Virus record (IMG/VR): IMGVR_UViG_3300027969_000046
Origin: a virus
DNA length: 64,000 nt
Direction: 5' to 3' (one strand)
Each line of letters starts with the position of its first letter. Positions within the stretch are counted from its first letter, which is position 1. The translations under genes and the position numbers were made by a program. The notes beneath the pieces were generated by a model. The model searched no databases. It was not told the origin of the DNA and saw nothing but the letters and a program-made list of their open reading frames with translations. Below, in pieces: positions 1 through 9,757 of this stretch.

Positions 1-528
1 CGACATATTGCCGTGTTTAGTGCCTTTACAGAAGGTATGCAGTTGTTCAGCTCATTCATTATGTTACTTAATTTCCCTCGCATGGGTAAAATGAAAGGCA
101 TGGGTCAGATTGTTACATGGTCTATTGTTGATGAAACCATGCACGCTGAATCAATGATGAAGTTGTTTAAGACCTACATCCACGAGAATACAGAAATTTG
201 GAATGATGAATTGAAATCGTCCATCTATGCAATTGCAGAAAAGATGGTTGAACTTGAAGATAAGTTTATTGACCTTGCCTTTGGTGTAACAGAGATGGAA
301 GGCCTGAGTGCTGAAGAAGTTAAAAAGTATATCCGATATATAGCTGACCGCAGACTGATTGGCCTTGGCATGAAAGGCATTTTTAAAGTAAAACGCAACC
401 CTCTGCCATGGGTTGAAGAAATGATTAACGCACCTACTCACACAAACTTCTTTGAGAACCGTGCTACTGATTACGCTAAAGGCGCATTGAGTGGTTCTTG
501 GGACGATGTATGGGGCAGAGCCGCCTAA
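1..528 (+). CDS. nrdB: Ribonucleotide reductase class Ia beta subunit, C-terminal part (5' end outside window)
   Basis: FTEGMQLFSSF, DETMH di-iron ligands, YIADRRL and NFFE motifs. Confidence 0.95.
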   Translation, partial: RHIAVFSAFTEGMQLFSSFIMLLNFPRMGKMKGMGQIVTWSIVDETMHAESMMKLFKTYIHENTEIWNDELKSSIYAIAEKMVELEDKFIDLAFGVTEMEGLSAEEVKKYIRYIADRRLIGLGMKGIFKVKRNPLPWVEEMINAPTHTNFFENRATDYAKGALSGSWDDVWGRAA

Positions 529-1232
529 TGTTAATTCTCTACACATTGGTAATGACACACATTACCATTCTTTGTGTTACAATGTATTTACATCGTAGCC
601 AAGCACACCGAGCAGTAACATTTAATCCTGTAATAGAAAACATCATGCGATTTTGGCTATGGCTTACAACAGGCATGGTCACAAAGCAATGGGTTGCTAT
701 ACACCGCAAGCACCATCAAATGACCGACCAACATGGTGACCCACATTCACCAAAAGTATTTGGTATTTGGCGTGTATTATTTGGTGGTGCAGTTCTATAT
801 CATAAAGCATCAAAAGATAAATTGATGGTTGAAACATATGGCAAAGGAACGCCTGACGATTGGGTTGAGAAGAATATATACAGTAAACATTCTCGTCTAG
901 GTATTACTTTGTTATTACTAATAAATTTACTTTGTTTTTCTTGGTGGGGTTTACTCACATGGGGAATTCAAATGATTTGGATCCCATTGTGGGCCGCAGG
1001 TGTGGTCAATGGTATTGGCCATTATTGGGGTTATCGTAACACAGAAACGAATGATACATCCAAAAACATTGTACCAATAGGTTTGATTATTGGTGGTGAA
1101 GAACTACATAACAACCATCACAATAAACCAGCAAGTGCAAAACTATCTGAAAAATGGTTTGAATTGGACATTGGATGGTTTTGGATTAAAACACTAAGTT
1201 ATTTGAAGTTAGCAAAAATCAACAGAGAATAA
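528..1232 (+). CDS. Membrane acyl-lipid/acyl-CoA delta-9 fatty acid desaturase (DesA-like)
   Basis: Three His boxes (HRSQAH, HRKHH, HNNHH), GDPHSP, NGIGHYWGYRN and TM segments; ATG overlaps the nrdB stop (TAATG). Confidence 0.92.
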   Translation: MLILYTLVMTHITILCVTMYLHRSQAHRAVTFNPVIENIMRFWLWLTTGMVTKQWVAIHRKHHQMTDQHGDPHSPKVFGIWRVLFGGAVLYHKASKDKLMVETYGKGTPDDWVEKNIYSKHSRLGITLLLLINLLCFSWWGLLTWGIQMIWIPLWAAGVVNGIGHYWGYRNTETNDTSKNIVPIGLIIGGEELHNNHHNKPASAKLSEKWFELDIGWFWIKTLSYLKLAKINRE

Positions 1233-1233
1233 A

Positions 1234-2055
1234 ATGAGAAAAATATTATTATCGTTAGTCTTAGCACTAACAACATTAAACTCTTATGCATGGACACAAA
1301 GACCTAACGCAGCTCAGGCTCAATGTATTGTTCATGCACCATATGGTTTCCCTGCAACAAACCCAACACTATATCCTATCTGCCGTGAAGGATATTTTGT
1401 TGGTTATGATTCTGCAGCCAAACTACCAAAGTATGTAACATACACACTTACACCACCAAATGCTTTAGGCTGCTGGCCTAGAACAAATGCTTTTGTGAAA
1501 GATGAAACTACACCTAATGGCCCACGACCTGACGATTATGCAGGCACAGGATTTGATAAAGGCCATATGTCACCAGATGGTGATTTATCATGGTCACAAC
1601 AGGTTGAATATGAATCTTTCTTAATGACAAACATGGCACCTCAAGCAGGTAGTTTAAATCGTGGCATTTGGAAGTTATTAGAAACAAATGTCCGTGGTTG
1701 GGCTGTTCAACTCAATCAAGTATATACAATATATGTTGGTGGTGTGTATAATGATACCAACAAAAAGATTGGTCAAGGTGTTGTAGTACCACATGGTTAC
1801 TACAAGATTGTAATCAATCAAAGTACCAATGAAGTTGCAGGTTGGATGTTCCCACATACCGAACCATACCCTAATCTAGGCAATGACCTCACAAAGTTCC
1901 GTGTAGGCGTTGCTACAATCGAAGGCACAGCGGCAGTCAAGTTTGCATTTCCACCTAACGCAAAAGAAATACCAGTTGGTGCAGAATGGCCTATTGACTA
2001 CGGTGCTTTAACAAAGGCCAAGCGTGCAAAATGTGGCGCTAATGCTCAAGAATGA
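1234..2055 (+). CDS. DNA/RNA non-specific endonuclease (Serratia NucA/Endonuclease_NS family) with N-terminal signal peptide
   Basis: DKGHM active-site motif, NMAPQ..LNRGIW..LE, VPHGYYK; MRKILLSLVLALTTLNSYA signal sequence. Confidence 0.9.
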   Translation: MRKILLSLVLALTTLNSYAWTQRPNAAQAQCIVHAPYGFPATNPTLYPICREGYFVGYDSAAKLPKYVTYTLTPPNALGCWPRTNAFVKDETTPNGPRPDDYAGTGFDKGHMSPDGDLSWSQQVEYESFLMTNMAPQAGSLNRGIWKLLETNVRGWAVQLNQVYTIYVGGVYNDTNKKIGQGVVVPHGYYKIVINQSTNEVAGWMFPHTEPYPNLGNDLTKFRVGVATIEGTAAVKFAFPPNAKEIPVGAEWPIDYGALTKAKRAKCGANAQE

Positions 2056-2201
2056 AAATTATAAAACACCATTGCTCTGATTGTGATTCTAGTTTTAAAA
2101 TCGAATATGATGAGTTAAAATGTGAAGATAATCCTCAATACTGTCCGTTCTGTTCCACATATATAATGGAAGATGAACTGGAACAGGATGATGAGTATTA
2201 A
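2052..2201 (+). CDS. Small zinc-ribbon protein (49 aa, not in ORF track)
   Basis: MKIIKHHCSDCDS...YCPFCSTYIMEDELEQDDEY; CxxC..CxxC; overlaps both neighbours (ATGA, TAATG). Confidence 0.7.
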   Translation: MKIIKHHCSDCDSSFKIEYDELKCEDNPQYCPFCSTYIMEDELEQDDEY

Positions 2202-2695
2202 TGTGGTTTTATTATAATACAGCAGAACAATTCAAAGAAGAAGATATACAAGACCATTTTGGTTTTGTATATCTCATCACACACCTAGGAACAGGCCGTA
2301 AATACATTGGCAAGAAGTTCTTTACCAAATCCAAAACAAGACAAATTAAAGGCAAGAAGAAGAAATCTCGTGTTTCTTCCGATTGGATAACCTATTGGGG
2401 TTCTAACATCGAATTACAAGAAGAAGTTAAGTTAAACGGGGAGGACAAATACACAAGAGAAATCCTACATTTATGTAAGTCTAGGTCAGCGTGTAGTTAT
2501 TGGGAAACATTTGAGATATTCAGTCGCCATGCTTTATTATCGGATGCATACTACAACTCATGGGTGACCTGTAAAATTCACAAAGCTCATGTATTAGGAA
2601 AATTTAATGGCTCGCAACAAAGCACTAGCAAACAACGACACGATTCAAGTTCGGTCAACAGCGAAAACAACCAATCATCTGAAATTACGGATTGA
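2201..2695 (+). CDS. GIY-YIG endonuclease (T4 endonuclease II/DenA-like)
   Basis: GFVYLIT...RKYIGKK, YWGS, REILHLC, YYN motifs. Confidence 0.8.
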   Translation: MWFYYNTAEQFKEEDIQDHFGFVYLITHLGTGRKYIGKKFFTKSKTRQIKGKKKKSRVSSDWITYWGSNIELQEEVKLNGEDKYTREILHLCKSRSACSYWETFEIFSRHALLSDAYYNSWVTCKIHKAHVLGKFNGSQQSTSKQRHDSSSVNSENNQSSEITD

Positions 2696-3359
2696 TGACC
2701 TTAAAACATTTCAACCATTAACAGAAAACCAACGATTATTTTTTGAAGCATACAAACGAGGCGATTACTTTGTAGCACTACACGGTGTTGCAGGCACAGG
2801 TAAAACCTTTTGTGCCTTATACAAAGCACTTGAAGAAGTAATGGATAAATCTAATCCATTCACACAGATTATTATAGTCCGTTCAGCGGTACAAAGCCGT
2901 GAGATTGGTCACCTACCTGGTGATGTAAACGAAAAAATGGAAATCTACCAACAACCATACAGGCAGATATGCGAAACGCTATTTGACCGTAAAGATGCTT
3001 GGGATAGATTAGAAGAACAACACCACATTCAATTTATTAGCACATCATTCATTCGTGGTATGTCTTTTGATAACGCCATCATCATTGTAGATGAAATGCA
3101 GAATCTAACCTATGAAGAAATTGATACTGTTATGACCCGTGTTGGCCATATGTCCAAGATTATTTGGTGTGGTGATTACAGGCAAACCGACCTGAATAAG
3201 AAAAAGAATGATATGTCAGGTATTCTTAAATTCTTTGATATTGCCATGCACATGAAGGCATTTACCAAAATTGAATTCACGGTAGATGATATTGTCCGCT
3301 CATCATTGGTGAAGGACTATATTCTTGCCAAAATTCAATACGAGGATGCAAACGGGTAA
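2607..3359 (+). CDS. phoH: PhoH-like ATPase
   Basis: GVAGTGKT Walker A, IGHLPG, FIRGMSF, IIVDEMQN, GDYRQTD, DIVRS. Confidence 0.95.
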   Translation: MARNKALANNDTIQVRSTAKTTNHLKLRIDDLKTFQPLTENQRLFFEAYKRGDYFVALHGVAGTGKTFCALYKALEEVMDKSNPFTQIIIVRSAVQSREIGHLPGDVNEKMEIYQQPYRQICETLFDRKDAWDRLEEQHHIQFISTSFIRGMSFDNAIIIVDEMQNLTYEEIDTVMTRVGHMSKIIWCGDYRQTDLNKKKNDMSGILKFFDIAMHMKAFTKIEFTVDDIVRSSLVKDYILAKIQYEDANG

Positions 3360-3408
3360 TTTCACCATCCAAAATAGTGTGGGCATACTAGTAGAAACAC
3401 TTAGTTTT

Positions 3409-3432
3409 TATTGCGTTGCAACATATATAATA
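3409..3432 (+). promoter_or_regulatory. PhaR-box-like palindrome (TTGC-GTT-GCAACA) overlapping a TATATAATA promoter element
   Basis: TATTGCGTTGCAACATATATAATA about 55 nt upstream of the phasin-like ORF. Confidence 0.5.
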
Positions 3433-3485
3433 GTAGAGGCGCCGATTAGTAGGTGCCTATACTATTTAATATAAGGAATATTACC

Positions 3486-3689
3486 ATGTTTGCATTAGAT
3501 TCTATGATTGACACAATTCAATCCGCTAAAAAACAATTCGTTACCACTTTTGTTACAGATAAAGAAGTTCAAAAGCCACTCATTGGTTTTGTTGATGCAC
3601 AAACAGATTTTGTTAAGCAAATCGTAAAAACAAACGAAGTATTGGCAACACAAACTAAAGATGCTTTTACAAAGGCATTGAAGGTATAA
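3486..3689 (+). CDS. Small amphipathic helical protein, phasin-like
   Basis: AAGGAA RBS; MFALDSMIDTIQSAKKQFV...FVDAQTDFVKQIV..., predicted all-helical with amphipathic pattern. Confidence 0.5.
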   Translation: MFALDSMIDTIQSAKKQFVTTFVTDKEVQKPLIGFVDAQTDFVKQIVKTNEVLATQTKDAFTKALKV

Positions 3690-3691
3690 TC

Positions 3692-3877
3692 ATGTCAAAA
3701 GAGTTGGATGCGTTAAGCGGAGTAGAAACTCCAAATCTAACGAACTTTTGGAATTGGGTAAAAACCACATTTACCCCATCATACAAAAGCGAAATTGAAG
3801 CCTATCTTGCTGAATCTACCTCTCATGCAGATGTAGAAAGAAGAATCAAAGTGCTTCAAATGCGAGGTATGATATGA
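3692..3877 (+). CDS. DUF3563-like small protein
   Basis: EAYLAESTSHADVERRIKVL matches my recollection of the Burkholderiales DUF3563 core (EAYLAxSxDxxxLERRxRxL). Confidence 0.65.
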   Translation: MSKELDALSGVETPNLTNFWNWVKTTFTPSYKSEIEAYLAESTSHADVERRIKVLQMRGMI

Positions 3878-3966
3878 GAGTAATATCTTCAATTTGGAAT
3901 TTTCTCATAGCTTGTGCAGAAGAATTAGAAAAATACCGTAACGGAAAGTATAGTAAAGTTAAATAA
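3874..3966 (+). CDS. 30-aa amphipathic peptide, coupled to the DUF3563-like ORF
   Basis: ATGA overlap; MRVISSIWNFLIACAEELEKYRNGKYSKVK. Confidence 0.5.
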   Translation: MRVISSIWNFLIACAEELEKYRNGKYSKVK

Positions 3967-3995
3967 GCGAGTTTTGAGGTTTCATACATACCAGT

Positions 3996-4259
3996 ATGGA
4001 AAAGAAAACTTATAAACTCACTTCACCGAAAGGTGCCCTTATGTTGGACATAAGGAATAACTATAAATCGTTTCACTTGATTATCCGCAATGGTTGGGCA
4101 ATTAAGTTCTCAGTTTATGGTGGTGAGAATATTCTATTGATATTTACATCAACCTTTACCGGTCAGACTGTTATTAGGTATTTTGGTAATGAAGATGAGG
4201 CTGTAGATTGTATTAACTTTGTTACCGCACATGACCCACAAGAAGAAATAGAAGCATAA
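3996..4259 (+). CDS. Hypothetical protein
   Basis: ORF with GAGG RBS, followed by a terminator. Confidence 0.6.
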   Translation: MEKKTYKLTSPKGALMLDIRNNYKSFHLIIRNGWAIKFSVYGGENILLIFTSTFTGQTVIRYFGNEDEAVDCINFVTAHDPQEEIEA

Positions 4260-4260
4260 G

Positions 4261-4285
4261 AACCCGCTGAAAGGCGGGTTTTTTA
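4261..4285 (+). terminator. Rho-independent terminator
   Basis: AACCCGC-TGAAAG-GCGGGTT hairpin followed by a T run. Confidence 0.85.
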
Positions 4286-4317
4286 TTGCCTCACAATAGC
4301 TATTATTATGATACAAT
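4286..4317 (+). promoter_or_regulatory. Class-2 promoter TTGCC-N21-TACAAT
   Basis: Same spacing recurs at 12447, 17206 and 33051. Confidence 0.55.
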
Positions 4318-4337
4318 GGTTGTAAAGGAGATATATT

Positions 4338-4939
4338 ATGTTGACAGATGAAAAATTACTTGAGGTTTCGGTTAAAGTGGACAAATTTCTATTAGAGATT
4401 GCCACGGAGAATGATATGCCTGCATTAGCATTATCAGCCGTTATATTGGCAAGGTTAATGCTAATCAATAATGAAATGCAATCAACCGATGACTTTAAAA
4501 AACTAATGGGTGTAGTATCACAGGCACCTATTCTCAAAAATACTACACAGCCATTACATTAATATGCTCGAGTGGTATAAATTCAAAAGATGGTATAATA
4601 ACCTTTACAAAGGCGAACAATACCTCGTTATTCTATTTGTTTGTGTTATAATTATAGCATCGTTGATGTGGGTTACACATGAACCTAAAGAACGCAAACG
4701 AAACTTTCCCATTAAATTAGGAGTGCAATATGACCGCCGATATTAATCAGGTAATGAACCGCCTTAAAAATTTACAAGAGTTTGAAGTGTGTATAGATAT
4801 ACCAGATGAATTTATATTTAATGGCACAATCCCATTTGATATGATTATTGATAGAGACCAATCAGCAAGAGTATTAGTGGTTGCTGAAACACAACATGAG
4901 GCCGAGAAAAAGGTCGAACAATTTTTTAAAGTGATTTAA
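4338..4939 (+). other. Three small hypothetical ORFs (4338-4562, 4564-4746 with one TM segment, 4730-4939)
   Basis: Contiguous plus-strand ORFs with RBSs. Confidence 0.6.
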
Positions 4940-4940
4940 T

Positions 4941-5561
4941 ATGACAGAACCAGTTATTCATGGTATATTTCCAACACCAATTACATTTAGCGAAGTTGGT
5001 CGTGAATTTACACCAGAAGAATTAGCCATATTCGAAGAAGCAGGCAAAACAATGGTCACAAATAGTGGCAACACAACAAGTGCTGATAATTATTTGTTAG
5101 AGAAACCTGGCCTTGAGAATCTTAAAGCAATTGTTCTTGGTACCGTGCAACATTACATGGACAAAGTGATTGTTGCTGACAAAGAAAGAGTTACACCATA
5201 TATCACACAATCATGGTTAAACTATACTGAAGCAGGACAACACCATCACAAACACGCACACCCTAACAGTTTCCTGTCTGGTGTATTGTATATTGATGCT
5301 GATCCAGTTAATGATAAGATTTACTTTTATAATGATGGTTACAAACAGATTAAAATTACACCCAAAGAATGGAATCTATTCAATTCAGAATCTTGGTTCT
5401 TCACAGTTAAAACATACCAGATTGTAGTATTTCCATCACATCTATCACACATGGTCGAAGCGAAAGCGGGTAACAACAGAAGGTGTAGTTTAGCTTTCAA
5501 TACATTTTTGAGAGGTAAAATTGGTCTACAATCAGAGTTGACAGAACTGTTAAACCCATAA
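4941..5561 (+). CDS. Putative 2OG-Fe(II) oxygenase (TIGR02466-like)
   Basis: FPTPI, SWLN, HxHPNSFLSGVLYI, FPSHLSHMV, RxSLAFN. Confidence 0.85.
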   Translation: MTEPVIHGIFPTPITFSEVGREFTPEELAIFEEAGKTMVTNSGNTTSADNYLLEKPGLENLKAIVLGTVQHYMDKVIVADKERVTPYITQSWLNYTEAGQHHHKHAHPNSFLSGVLYIDADPVNDKIYFYNDGYKQIKITPKEWNLFNSESWFFTVKTYQIVVFPSHLSHMVEAKAGNNRRCSLAFNTFLRGKIGLQSELTELLNP

Positions 5562-5576
5562 CAAGAAAGGTGCGGT

Positions 5577-5819
5577 ATGAGCCACGAAGAAGCGAAATTT
5601 AAGCATAGTAAACGGTTATTGAAAGATAACAATGCCATTAAGAAGCAAGTAAAGATTGCTAAATCACATGGCATTCCAGTTGAGAATCCGCATATGTTTG
5701 CAAAGCATCATGCACTAGATTGTGGGCAACCAAATTGTATTATGTGTGCCTCACCCCGTAAGATTTGGAAAGAAGAAACTATCCAAGAACGCAGAGCAAA
5801 ACAGAAGGATGAAGAATGA
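5577..5819 (+). CDS. Small basic Cys/His (zinc-binding) protein
   Basis: KHHALDCGQPNCIMCASPRK. Confidence 0.6.
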   Translation: MSHEEAKFKHSKRLLKDNNAIKKQVKIAKSHGIPVENPHMFAKHHALDCGQPNCIMCASPRKIWKEETIQERRAKQKDEE

Positions 5820-6175
5820 CCACCTTTACAACCGAAGATAGAGAATGGGCTTACTGGCATAATTATAATATGCCCAAATATAATAGGCAAACAGAAATAG
5901 AATTCTTTTGGCCACTTACAGAGCAAGTATCACTTGACTTGGACTATACTGGTTGTGAACGACCTAAACTCACTATGCCTATTGATAACTCCAATAGTAT
6001 ATCAACGAATGGTCCCACATGGACAACAGCAATTAATCCGCAGTTGACAGTAACAGCAATCAATGCAGTTGGTGAGTTGACCATTGGTGGTATTAATGTA
6101 GGCCTTGATAAGAAACCTACATGGTTGCAATCAAAACTATTCAAACTATTGGGGTTCAATTGGAAAGATAGATGA
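5816..6175 (+). CDS. Hypothetical protein
   Basis: Overlapping start/stop codons with both neighbours. Confidence 0.6.
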   Translation: MTTFTTEDREWAYWHNYNMPKYNRQTEIEFFWPLTEQVSLDLDYTGCERPKLTMPIDNSNSISTNGPTWTTAINPQLTVTAINAVGELTIGGINVGLDKKPTWLQSKLFKLLGFNWKDR

Positions 6176-6735
6176 TTGAACTAGTTGAAGTTACTAGGCC
6201 AGACCAAAAAGGCCTAGTAAAATATATCATTGAGAACCACCACTCTTATGTACCGACCAATGCCTCAGTTGGTCGCCGTATTGATTGGCTCATCAATTAC
6301 GATGGGCAAACAGTTGGCATGATAGGCATTGGCTCATCGGTCTACCCACCCCCCAAAGATATACTCAATTACCTTGCTGTCAGTAAAAATGACTACAAGG
6401 CAATCTTCAACACTATTGCCAACAATTGGCGCTTTTGTATGATACAATCCATAAAGAACGGTGGTAGTCAGATATTGAAACAGTTGCGACAGAAGGCGCC
6501 AGATGCATGGAAGGCAAAATATGGTGATGACTTAGGTTACATCATTACTTTTGTTGGTGCAGGTAAGAATGGTGCAGTCTATCTTGCCGATAACTGGTCA
6601 AGAATTGGCGAAACCGCTGGTCTACCCAAGCACAAGAGTTCCTCTATGAAGTGGAATACTGGTGAACAATTGAAAGAACTATTTGTTAAGCCTACAGGTG
6701 AAAACAAGAAGATTATACTGATAAAGAAACTATGA
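6172..6735 (+). CDS. DUF4338/DruA-like (Mom-like GNAT fold) protein
   Basis: HHSY, GRRIDWL, GMIGIGS, ANNWRF, TFV...GAVYLADNWxxIGETAG pattern. Confidence 0.65.
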   Translation: MIELVEVTRPDQKGLVKYIIENHHSYVPTNASVGRRIDWLINYDGQTVGMIGIGSSVYPPPKDILNYLAVSKNDYKAIFNTIANNWRFCMIQSIKNGGSQILKQLRQKAPDAWKAKYGDDLGYIITFVGAGKNGAVYLADNWSRIGETAGLPKHKSSSMKWNTGEQLKELFVKPTGENKKIILIKKL

Positions 6736-9704
6736 ACGCAAATGAACTAGCTGAGTGGCTTATTGCTTTTACACAAGATGATGTGGATTACGAGGAAAAA
6801 TGGATTAAAGCTTCTGCCATCATGCTACGCCAGCAACACGACCGATTATGCTTGTTAGAAAATATTGTGATGGATTTAAAAGCAACAGTAATAAAGGCAC
6901 AAGAATGAAAATGATACCATTTGTTATTCCCATTGAGGCGGCAGACCAAATTACATTGGCCAATCTACAAGAAGCCCGTAGATATATGTTGAATGAATTA
7001 AAACAACATAAGAAAGGTGACTACTGGATTCATCCAGAGGACATTGGACACTATGGGGGTTATCTCAAGGCGTTAGATGTTTTAATTCCTTACTATGGTG
7101 GTTGAGTATGAGTGATTATAATCCTGATAAATGGTTAGTTGTTAAGATTATTGGAAAAGACACACCGCCAATCTATAAAGTCTTTGCTTGTTGGTATGGT
7201 GGTTATCTTGGCTCTGATTCTTGGAAACTTAATTCAGGCATTACCGCTGTGATTGAAAAAGATGATTATTTCTTCTTTTATGGTTCTAGTGGCTCAGTCT
7301 ATTCTTGTCGCAAGGGAAGTTATGGCGCCAATGGATATGGTCATGGCATTCTTCAGAATATGATAGATAGAATTGAAACAGCAGGCGGAACAGTTGAGGT
7401 TCTGCCTGAAGAAACAAATTGGTTGGAGATAGATTATGAGTGATGATACACATTTTTTAGTTGGTAAAACAGATGAAAAGACTATATTGAGGATCGGTGA
7501 TAGTATTGCCACGACCTTAATAATGAATCAAAAATCCACAGTTGATTTGATTAGGCTTTTAGCTTCCACACTTGATGATGATAAGTGGAAATTTAGTATT
7601 AGAATTGATCCAAAAGGTGAATCTAATGAGTGAAGAAAAACTAGACGGCAAGTCAACCATTGAGTTGAACCTTGATAAAGAATTATTGTTTGATTTGATG
7701 CTCATGGCACACGAGCGGGACATTACTTTGAATCAATTAATTGAAGAAGCATTAAGATTGTTTATTGAAGAACACGAGAAAAACAAATGAAATGGTTAAT
7801 ATATCTAATGATATTTTGCGTAGCCTATTCTATTGGCTATAACAAAGGCATCAACCATGCCCATGTAACAATAGAGGCACCGAAGTGATTGAAATACTGA
7901 TTATTATATTTGCCTTTCTTATGGGCTTTATGATTGGTCGTGATAGGGCGCCAATGGTGATAGACGACCAGGTAGATGAAATAGAACGATTAAGCAAGCA
8001 AGTGGAGTATTACAAAGACCTATGCAAGTGGCATATTAAAGATAAGGAGAGGCTGAGTAAGCGATGACTACATTTAATTATAATCCAGATGATGATGAAC
8101 CACCATTCCTGCTGCCTGGTGACATAGATAGGATGCGACAAGAAGCGAAGCAGAAAATGGGAGGTAAACGACCACTCACTATCCAAGAGGAAATTGTTGC
8201 CGCCTTGTCGAAACCTTTTGTACCTAACATAGAGAATGACCGATGAAAACCGATGTATCTGGCAAATGGATTGCCGTGAGTGATTATAAGACCATGCAAC
8301 AACAAGAAACCGAAGCCATCCTGAATATGGGTGAGTGTATCAAGGCACTAGAGCAACAGTTAGCCAATGCTAATGCTCGTATCACCGAATTAGAGCAACA
8401 AATCTACGGGTCAAAATGAATCCATTAAGTTTACTCAATACTGCTATTGATACACTATGGTATTGGACATATGGTATTCTTGTGGGTTGGGGCGCCAGTT
8501 TTACTATACTTGTAGCACTATTCATAGTAGTATTCATAAAGATAATCCGACTTAACCATCGTATCAATTACCTCAACAACCGATTAGTATCACTTGACCG
8601 AGAAGTCAGCCTAACCCTTAATAAGATAAACAAATGAGATTAGTATATTATAGAGGCCCCGAAGAAGTGGCATTCCAATTCTTTTGGGTCGATGAACAGA
8701 ACCAACGCAAGTCACCGACCTTCTATACCGAAGATGAAGCAAAGCAATGGTTAATTAAGTCAGTAACCACTATCGTAGATGAACCGAAACCGACCATCAC
8801 CGAGAGTAAACCAGATATAGTTCCTAACAAGGCATACACCGATGCCTATAATGCAGGTAAACTATATGCCGAGTTAGCGTTTGTAGAGCTAAAACAAGAT
8901 ATACTAGAACTGATAGAAGATGCCAAACCATCCAAACTACCAGATGTCCTAAAGAGAATTAAAGAATTGCTGAAGTGATACTAGAACATTCACAAGATCC
9001 TGTATCCGCCAAGTGGAATCACACCACCAATAGATGGGATGTAGGGAATAAGAAGAAGTTTAGATGGTGCAACAACAAAAACAAACCAGAATCCGACTGG
9101 TTCTATGATATAACCGATGCCCTAACATGGATAATAGACCACGATGAAAGTAAAGAAACTAATCAAAAAACTGTATAAAGCCATAGTATTACATAACCTA
9201 AAGAGAGAACGGAAAATCTATAAGAAGATTACCAAGAAATCTCTTAAGCATAAACATACAGAAGCAATACAATGAAACCAATCGCCTATCTAATGGTTGA
9301 GAGAAATACCCAAGAAAGATATGTCCAGACTAATACTCCTACAAGAGAGGAGAAGATTAGCCATGAACCATATCCATTATATCACCTAGAAGATGGTGTG
9401 AAAGTATATAATAACCGTGAAGAATATCTATCCGAATCCTTTGATAGAACCGCCAGTCATATGGCAGGTGAGTATATTAGCTATGAAGATAGATTATGCA
9501 CCCATGAAGAGCAAGAAGAATGGCTAAGAAATGTAAGAAAGACAGGATATTAACATGAAAGCAACCGAAGTAAAAACCAAAGAAGATTATATATTATACC
9601 TACAATCCGTCATAGATGATAAGGATAAGGTCATAGAGAACCAAATGAACCAGATAAAGAAACTATTAGGACTGTTAGCCAATAACACAAAACCTGCATT
9701 ATAA
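6732..9704 (+). other. Run of about 15 short, coupled hypothetical ORFs (e.g. 7102-7443, 7436-7633, 7885-8067, 8416-8637, 8634-8978, 9272-9553)
   Basis: Dense same-strand ORFs, many with ATGA/TAATG overlaps; several have single TM segments. Confidence 0.6.
7626..7790 (+). CDS. Ribbon-helix-helix DNA-binding protein (HicB C-terminal-like)
   Basis: TIELNLDKELLFDLMLMAHERDITLNQLIEEAL beta-alpha-alpha pattern. Confidence 0.6.
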   Translation: MSEEKLDGKSTIELNLDKELLFDLMLMAHERDITLNQLIEEALRLFIEEHEKNK

Positions 9705-9757
9705 CATAGGTAATGTTAGAGTGCAATTTCACAGTTAAATGCAAAAAGTAGCAAATG

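Noticed and set aside
2201-2695. Homing endonuclease or intron in the nrdB/phoH region
   Set aside because: Neighbouring genes are uninterrupted; the short stand-alone GIY-YIG fits endonuclease II, and the 89-nt overlap with phoH looks like a non-conserved tail
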